A DNA stretch of 64,000 nt from a virus: the IMG/VR virus record IMGVR_UViG_3300026521_000527, positions 72,865 to 136,864 of that record; one strand, written 5' to 3'. A model generated the notes under the pieces. That model ran no database searches and was not told the origin of the DNA. It was given only the letters and a program-made list of their open reading frames with translations. Position numbers and translations under genes: made by a program. Below, piece by piece: positions 58,241 through 64,000 of the stretch; position 1 is the stretch's first letter; each line of letters opens with the position of its first letter.

Positions 58241-61090
58241 TTATATTTTCTTTAATTCTGGGGCAACTAACCCACTTGTTTCTGTATGAACAACCGCTGT
58301 ATTTTCTTCAACTTCAGCTTCAAGACTACTTTCTTCAACATGTTTATTAATCTCAGGGAATTTTTTAAGAAGAATATTTTCAACACTAACCGCATTTTTT
58401 ACTTTTTCTTTATTTATAACTATAAATACATCTTCTTCTGTTACTTGAATGCTGATACCAAATTCATCCAAATGATTGACTTGAATATAATGTTGAATTG
58501 AGGTTTTAACTTTATAATTCATTGATTGCAAATATCTATTGATTAAAGTCAATGATAATTTTCCGCTTGATCTAAATTGATTCTGAATAATATTTAATAA
58601 TTCAAGATTCGAAGTCAATATGCTTGGATCACTGACATTCTCATTCAATTGTAACGCAATGTCTTCCCACTCTCTATTAATTAATTTCATTACTAGATTT
58701 CCAAAAGGGTGCATTTTCATTATCTGTTCCCAGAATTGACCATTTTTATTATTAGCCATTGTCATATCTTTAGATAATTCTGTTTTATAAACAATTGCCC
58801 AGAAATCAGCTAATTCAGTTTTAACTAACTCAATAAATTGATCTATCGTTAATCCCCAAGTTGAACATGCTCTGAGTAAAGAGATTTCATTTTTAAAGTA
58901 TGTAATTCTTCTATCCATCGCTGGGTGTCTAACCGGAACATCACCATTTGAAAAGAATAAAAAGTTAAAATGTCTATCTTTATTTGAAGCATCAACGCCT
59001 TTTTTCTCAATAAGAATTTTTGAGTTTCCTGTTAATAATTTTAACTGATCGACTTCTTTTCCTGAACTAAAATCACCTTCATCAAGCACAATGAGATTTG
59101 CGGTCTCAAGGACCGAGTTAAAATTATTCATGATTCTATCACCGTTTAGAATTTTAACGTACTCATTATTTAAATAATAATCCATAATAGTAGATACAAA
59201 AAGGTTTTTTCCAGCACCTTGTACCCCAAATATAACTGGCACTGTTGGCATAACTTTAAATTTACTAACTGCACTTAACCAGTTAATAAACCATTCAATA
59301 TCGCCTTTTTGAACCAGTTGTAAAATATAATTATAAGTCCAAGGGCATCTGTCTTGAATCATTTCGATTGATTCAGTTAAATTATAATTTTCAGTGTATT
59401 CTTCTTCCACTAATTTATGAACTCTTTTATATCTTTCATTCGGTACCCAGAGGTTTACGAATTTTATAAATTGCTTTTGGAAGAGAGTTGGTTTACCTGG
59501 TCGGAACTCTTCAAAAGCTTCAATTAGTATGCTTTGCTGGAAACTTTCAATGAACATTTCAATTAGCTGTTTATCAGCGTCATAAACATTAAGTTGATTT
59601 GTCAACACATGTGTAGCTAACATTTTCGGGCCATCGAAAATGAAAGACTCTCCTGAATCGATATGTCTTACAATACATGTTCTATTTTTATTAGCCAGTC
59701 TATAATAAACATAATTTTCGGTATCAACTCTTTTTATTAATTCTTCTATAATTTCTTGAACTTCGAGGTTCTGGAAATTCTTTCTTTCTGTCTTCCCTAG
59801 TTTAATTTTAGATTTTTCCGATATTTGACTCAACGCTGTTGATTTTGGAATGTCGAAAAGTTTCATCCAAAATGATACTAAATTATAAGTCTTATCATCA
59901 TGAAAATCTTTAAAAACATCAATTAGATCATTTTCGTAGAAAGCCATGCTTGGATTCTGTTCCTCATGGAAAGGACAATATAATTTAGTGAGGTTTCCTG
60001 TTGTCGCCCCAATTTTAACTTCACCTGCTAATAAATCAAGAGCTCTTATTCCAACTTCTTTCATTTTTGTCAAAAGGTCGTACTCAACAGACTGAAGTTC
60101 CGATGGTTTTATAATAGTACGACTTGCTTGCATTTTAGCTGTCATTAAATTATTTTGAACTTCGATTGTATCCAGAGCTTTATTTCTACTAATTAAAAAA
60201 TCATCTTGTATTTTTCTAAGTTCATTTGCGTAGAGTTTTTTACGATCTTCGATATGCAATGATTCATTCATTCGATTGATATTTGACTGAATTAGATTTA
60301 CTATATCTGAATCACTTAAATTAAAAATATCTATAAATTTTGCTCTAGTCCCGTACTTTTGATTTATTACCCCAGCTACTCTTTGAACATGAGATATATC
60401 CGAAAATGTTGGATCTATATCAAATTCAACTGTTTGATAATCATCTACACCAAGAATTACTGTCTTCCAATCAAGTTTTCCTATTACATTTTTCAAAAGA
60501 CCAAATAATTTATCAGCCTCTGATTTATTTAACTCTTTATCAAAATCAAATATTAATTGAAGTCCTCCTCCAGTTAACATTGCACCAACTGGTTTTACTG
60601 GGTCAATCCCATGCTGTATAAATTTTTTATTTATTTGATTCCAGGCTTGCATTATTGAAATCTGGATTTGGTCTTCACTGATAAATGGATTACCAAGTTC
60701 AAAACGATTTTTAGTACGGTTGATATGTGTATCAATATCAACAGCAATTCTTTTGGTTCTTTTAAAAGTTTTTATACTCGGGCGTGTATCTTTTTCGTAT
60801 TGAAAAATTGCAGCCGAGATAGAAATACCAACGTCAAGATTTTTATTTCTACTTTGGAGATTATTAATGTACTCAGCTAATTGAATAACATTATTTATTT
60901 GAAGTGTCTCTGTAATGTATCCGAATTTTCCGTACTCACCATTCGCTTCTTTTATTTGGCGTACTATTCTGATTGTTTCGTCAGAACCAACACCATTCGG
61001 GTATAATGTATTCCAATAATCTATTAATTCATTAGTGTATATATCAACACCTTTTGGTGTTTTAACTGGAGCAGGTAGTTGTATTTGCAT
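58241..61090 (-). CDS. AEP-type primase, Zn-finger-like domain and D5/SF3 helicase fusion
   Basis: VDID, TGGGLQ, CPFH.E..PS, GVQGAGKN, VLDEG and FFSN. Confidence 0.85.
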   Translation of the reverse strand: MQIQLPAPVKTPKGVDIYTNELIDYWNTLYPNGVGSDETIRIVRQIKEANGEYGKFGYITETLQINNVIQLAEYINNLQSRNKNLDVGISISAAIFQYEKDTRPSIKTFKRTKRIAVDIDTHINRTKNRFELGNPFISEDQIQISIMQAWNQINKKFIQHGIDPVKPVGAMLTGGGLQLIFDFDKELNKSEADKLFGLLKNVIGKLDWKTVILGVDDYQTVEFDIDPTFSDISHVQRVAGVINQKYGTRAKFIDIFNLSDSDIVNLIQSNINRMNESLHIEDRKKLYANELRKIQDDFLISRNKALDTIEVQNNLMTAKMQASRTIIKPSELQSVEYDLLTKMKEVGIRALDLLAGEVKIGATTGNLTKLYCPFHEEQNPSMAFYENDLIDVFKDFHDDKTYNLVSFWMKLFDIPKSTALSQISEKSKIKLGKTERKNFQNLEVQEIIEELIKRVDTENYVYYRLANKNRTCIVRHIDSGESFIFDGPKMLATHVLTNQLNVYDADKQLIEMFIESFQQSILIEAFEEFRPGKPTLFQKQFIKFVNLWVPNERYKRVHKLVEEEYTENYNLTESIEMIQDRCPWTYNYILQLVQKGDIEWFINWLSAVSKFKVMPTVPVIFGVQGAGKNLFVSTIMDYYLNNEYVKILNGDRIMNNFNSVLETANLIVLDEGDFSSGKEVDQLKLLTGNSKILIEKKGVDASNKDRHFNFLFFSNGDVPVRHPAMDRRITYFKNEISLLRACSTWGLTIDQFIELVKTELADFWAIVYKTELSKDMTMANNKNGQFWEQIMKMHPFGNLVMKLINREWEDIALQLNENVSDPSILTSNLELLNIIQNQFRSSGKLSLTLINRYLQSMNYKVKTSIQHYIQVNHLDEFGISIQVTEEDVFIVINKEKVKNAVSVENILLKKFPEINKHVEESSLEAEVEENTAVVHTETSGLVAPELKKI

Positions 61091-61126
61091 AATTTTCCTT
61101 TGTATTAATGTATGTTAATTTATAAA

Positions 61127-62473
61127 TTATATTGTGTTTATCGAAAGCTGTAGTTTATCTTTTACTCTTTTGATTCTATCTTGGAGTTCTTTTCTTCTGA
61201 GTTCTTCGTGTTGTTGTCTAATTAATCCTAATATTTTAACTTTAAAACTTCTAGAAGTTGAATAAGAATCGTAACCATAACGTTCTCTACATGTAGCTTT
61301 AGATTTCTCTTGGAACTCTGGTGTTTGCATAAACCAGTCGGCTCCATACCATTCGCGATTTGTGGCTTTAGATTTCTCTTGAAATTCTGGTAGCCTACTT
61401 TTATATTCATCCGATTGAGAATAATGTTCGGCACCATAACGTTCTCTACATGTAGCTTTAGATTTCTCTTGAAATTCTGGCAACCTACTTTTGTATTCTG
61501 ATGTTTGCGCAAACCAGTCGGCTCCATACCGCTCGCGATTGGTCTTAATTGTTTTAATTCGGTATTCTGGTAATTTGGATTCGTATTCATCCGATTGAGG
61601 ATACCAGTCAACATTATAACGCTCTTGGTTAGTAGCTTTAATTTTATTAATTATTTCTGACATTTGACTTTGAATACGTTCTTTATATTCTGGCGTTTGC
61701 GCAAACCAGTCGACACCATATCGCTCATGATTTGTGGCTTTTATTTTTTCATTATAAAACTGCTGATGTTTCTTACGGTGCTCTGAATTTAAATAATTCA
61801 TCGAACCGTAATTTTTAAGAGAGGTTTGCTTTTTCTTTTCTTTTATAAAATCAGCTTTTGAAATATTATCAACCCCATATTTTTGAATAAAAGTTTGCTT
61901 TTTCTTTTCTTGGAGTTCAGCTGAATCATTCGGATTCCTGACTCCGTAATTTTTATAAAGAGTTTCTTCTTTTTGCTTCTTTATTTCATCAAGCATAGAA
62001 ATATTTCTAACGCCGTATTTTTCTTCTATTGATTGCTCAAGAGTTCTTGTTAACTCTTTATCTTTAAACTCTTTATGGATTTTTTTATCAGCAGTATTTA
62101 ATTGCTTTATATCACAATATTTTGAAAAGCCGTAGTCTTTATTTAAAAAAGTTCTTGGGTGATCACATCCGGGTACCAAACATTTGAAATCATCTTTAGT
62201 GATATTAAACTCAATAAATTTTCTTCGAACACTTAGCTTAGTATCTGTTGGAAGATAATTGGTCCGTTTGATCAATAAATCAGCTAGAAAAATAAATAGT
62301 TTTTGCTTATCTTTTCTCCAACTTTTTGAAAGAGTTCCACGAAATAAACCAGTCGTTGAGCTAATAAAACCAGCTTTCGTTAATTCATCAATTATGTCAA
62401 TACTCTCAGAACCCATCTTTTCGACGGATTCTTTTAGTTTATTTAGTTGCGTTGTATAATCCAAGGGCTGCAT
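61127..62473 (-). CDS. Homing-endonuclease-associated repeat protein (ERYG repeats), no nuclease domain recognised
   Basis: C..PGC...YC ribbon followed by many K.TN.ERYG.DW..Q..E repeats. Confidence 0.7.
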   Translation of the reverse strand: MQPLDYTTQLNKLKESVEKMGSESIDIIDELTKAGFISSTTGLFRGTLSKSWRKDKQKLFIFLADLLIKRTNYLPTDTKLSVRRKFIEFNITKDDFKCLVPGCDHPRTFLNKDYGFSKYCDIKQLNTADKKIHKEFKDKELTRTLEQSIEEKYGVRNISMLDEIKKQKEETLYKNYGVRNPNDSAELQEKKKQTFIQKYGVDNISKADFIKEKKKQTSLKNYGSMNYLNSEHRKKHQQFYNEKIKATNHERYGVDWFAQTPEYKERIQSQMSEIINKIKATNQERYNVDWYPQSDEYESKLPEYRIKTIKTNRERYGADWFAQTSEYKSRLPEFQEKSKATCRERYGAEHYSQSDEYKSRLPEFQEKSKATNREWYGADWFMQTPEFQEKSKATCRERYGYDSYSTSRSFKVKILGLIRQQHEELRRKELQDRIKRVKDKLQLSINTI

Positions 62474-63686
62474 CTAATTTTATCCCCCAGTTTTGAACAC
62501 TAGCATCGTTTAAACTTAAGAATTTTTCTTTGGACTCAGGACCGAACTTTTGACTACACTCGGATGCCGCAGATAGAGTTAAAAGTCCTACTACTCCAAG
62601 TACGTCACCATCCGAATTAGCATTTAACGGAGTAATCGGGAGCATATAGTTATTCGCTGTCGGATCTTGCATCGTCAAATCATACATTATTGTATTATTA
62701 ACTTCAATAAATACTAAGTCTATCACTGGGATTAATTCAAGATTCTCATGATTTACATTTGAATAAAAATCATCAGCCTCTGTTGACGAATAAAGAATTT
62801 CTTCTACTTCTTCTGAAGTTGTACTTAACTTTTTGACAGTAATTTTACCTTCGTCTTCACAGAAATACCAACGATATTCTTTAAAAAATTTAGGATGTAA
62901 ACTAGAAATTCTTTTAAATTTTATCGGTAATTTAAACCGAATATGCTTGTATTCATTGACATTTCTGATACTATATTGTGCACCCAATATATTTAAAATA
63001 TATGTAAAGTTATATAGGTTTATATAATTTTTTATATATAAACGATTGGCTTTTTTAATTAATCCATCAAGAATTCCTACTAAAAATTCAGGATTTGAAT
63101 TCAAAAGAATGTCTTTATTTATATTAATTCTACCAGCTTCATCCTGCCGAACGATTAATTTTAATTCTTCGAAGAAATCAGGATACTCTAATTTTTTAAT
63201 TCTGTAGCTCTTTTGATTCGGGCCTGTCTGAACCAAATCAATTTTATTTATGAAATCCCCGATATCATAACCAAATTCATAATTTAATTTAATTGTAATT
63301 TCTTTTTCTATATCCTCATGGCTAGTCGAACCTTTTTTAATTACATTTATTTCAGTATTATCTGATACTTGATTTAAATTATAAATTAAAAATTTATTTG
63401 AATTATTATTAGCGACTTCAGAAATATTCAGTGGTTTTATTGTATCTGTATTCGGGCAATAAAACATTAAGCTATTTTTTTCACCAACGATAAAATTTGT
63501 CTTTTTATTAAAATAACCAACATTACATCTATTATTTTTACCGAAATCATTCTTCGAAAGAATCTGGTAACCTTTTTGAACATTGTGCTTAAAAATAGTA
63601 GTTGATTCCTGATTAATAACTACTGGTAGTCTATCTTGTCTTATACTTCTGCTCTCTATTTTTGCCGGTCTAGAATCTAATTTCAT
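62439..63686 (-). CDS. Split intein C-fragment (357 aa, LAGLIDADG remnant) fused to a 58-aa RNAP beta-prime catalytic C-extein
   Basis: Block F YDLTM..NNY and block G LNAN|S. The extein SDGDVLGV..LLTLSAASE...DAALGLYNAT parallels the bacterial DGDQMAV..LTLEAQ.E...DVVLGLYY.T. Confidence 0.85.
   Translation of the reverse strand: MKLDSRPAKIESRSIRQDRLPVVINQESTTIFKHNVQKGYQILSKNDFGKNNRCNVGYFNKKTNFIVGEKNSLMFYCPNTDTIKPLNISEVANNNSNKFLIYNLNQVSDNTEINVIKKGSTSHEDIEKEITIKLNYEFGYDIGDFINKIDLVQTGPNQKSYRIKKLEYPDFFEELKLIVRQDEAGRININKDILLNSNPEFLVGILDGLIKKANRLYIKNYINLYNFTYILNILGAQYSIRNVNEYKHIRFKLPIKFKRISSLHPKFFKEYRWYFCEDEGKITVKKLSTTSEEVEEILYSSTEADDFYSNVNHENLELIPVIDLVFIEVNNTIMYDLTMQDPTANNYMLPITPLNANSDGDVLGVVGLLTLSAASECSQKFGPESKEKFLSLNDASVQNWGIKLDAALGLYNATK
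62616..63686 (-). mobile_element. Split intein C-fragment (IntC) with a degenerate LAGLIDADG domain
   Basis: YEFGYDIGD (block C-like), FLVGILDG (block E-like) and ILNILG..YSI (block H-like); terminal Asn followed by +1 Ser. Confidence 0.8.
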
Positions 63687-63802
63687 ATAACTTCCTTTGT
63701 GTATTTTTGCTTGTTTTGCTTATGTAGTATATTTATATTGGAGCTCTAATAAACTCTAATTTATTCTTGTTTGATTAAAATTAATCGGTAGTCTGAATTC
63801 GA

Positions 63803-64000
63803 CCGATGTAAACATTTGGCTTTTGTAAAATATACTCTATTAAAAATTACAAAGAGTTATGTTCCAACATAACTCAAGCCGATGTAAACATTTGGCTTTT
63901 GTAAAATATACTCTATTAAAAATTTATTTGAGTGCGAGTTAACTCGCACTCAAGCCGATGTAAACATTTGGCTTTTGTAAAATATACTCTATTAAAAATT
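63803..64000. repeat. Direct-repeat array: 46-bp repeat x3 with 30-nt hairpin spacers (truncated by the window end)
   Basis: ccgatgtaaacatttggcttttgtaaaatatactctattaaaaatt at 63803, 63879 and 63955. Confidence 0.95.

Noticed and set aside
10291-61614. Short alternate-frame minus-strand ORFs (10291-10509, 14438-14641, 23742-23963, 61228-61614)
   Set aside because: They are nested in longer, motif-bearing genes; two simply reflect repeats read in another frame.
725-63027. Plus-strand ORFs in the track (e.g. 725-1006, 1129-1368, 7426-7689, 23709-23999, 25276-25560, 42907-43185, 43369-43872)
   Set aside because: All are antisense shadows of long minus-strand genes or repeats, with no recognisable motifs or RBS.
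63803-64000. Canonical CRISPR array
   Set aside because: No cas genes in the window, and the spacers are self-palindromic, share a ctcaag end and match the phage's own intergenic DNA. Kept as an unexplained repeat array.
1-64000. folE (GTP cyclohydrolase I) to complete the preQ0 pathway
   Set aside because: No ORF with the CEHH/QER motifs; it may lie outside the window or be supplied by the host.

Overview
This AT-rich window comes from a large (jumbo-type) bacteriophage. Every credible gene is on the minus strand, tightly packed behind AAGGA-type ribosome-binding sites. The host is inferred to be in the Campylobacterota, because the ThyX-like proteins closely resemble Campylobacter/Helicobacter-type ThyX. 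Transcription: two separate multi-subunit phage RNA polymerases (set A at 24.5-35.9 kb, set B at 49.7-63.7 kb). DNA modification: a dispersed 7-deazaguanine pathway (DpdA-like transglycosylase, QueD, QueE, QueC, Gat-QueC). Replication: a fragmented family-B DNA polymerase, clamp and clamp loader, AEP-D5 primase-helicase, ATP-dependent ligase, RecJ and an endonuclease VII-like protein. Other genes include a two-gene ThyX, chaperone-like ATPases and two virion proteins. The main discovery candidate is in RNAP set B. Its beta-prime catalytic DxDGD motif is in no single ORF: it appears only if two proteins encoded about 5.5 kb apart, in reversed order, are joined by an atypically split intein (…PLGGD + SDGD…). 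Non-coding signals include a family of GAGT(G/T) hairpins with little or no loop, a 76-bp-period array with hairpin spacers at the window end, a thrice-repeated bipartite promoter motif and a candidate ~200-nt structured RNA. All family assignments come from motif recognition by eye; no database searches were run.
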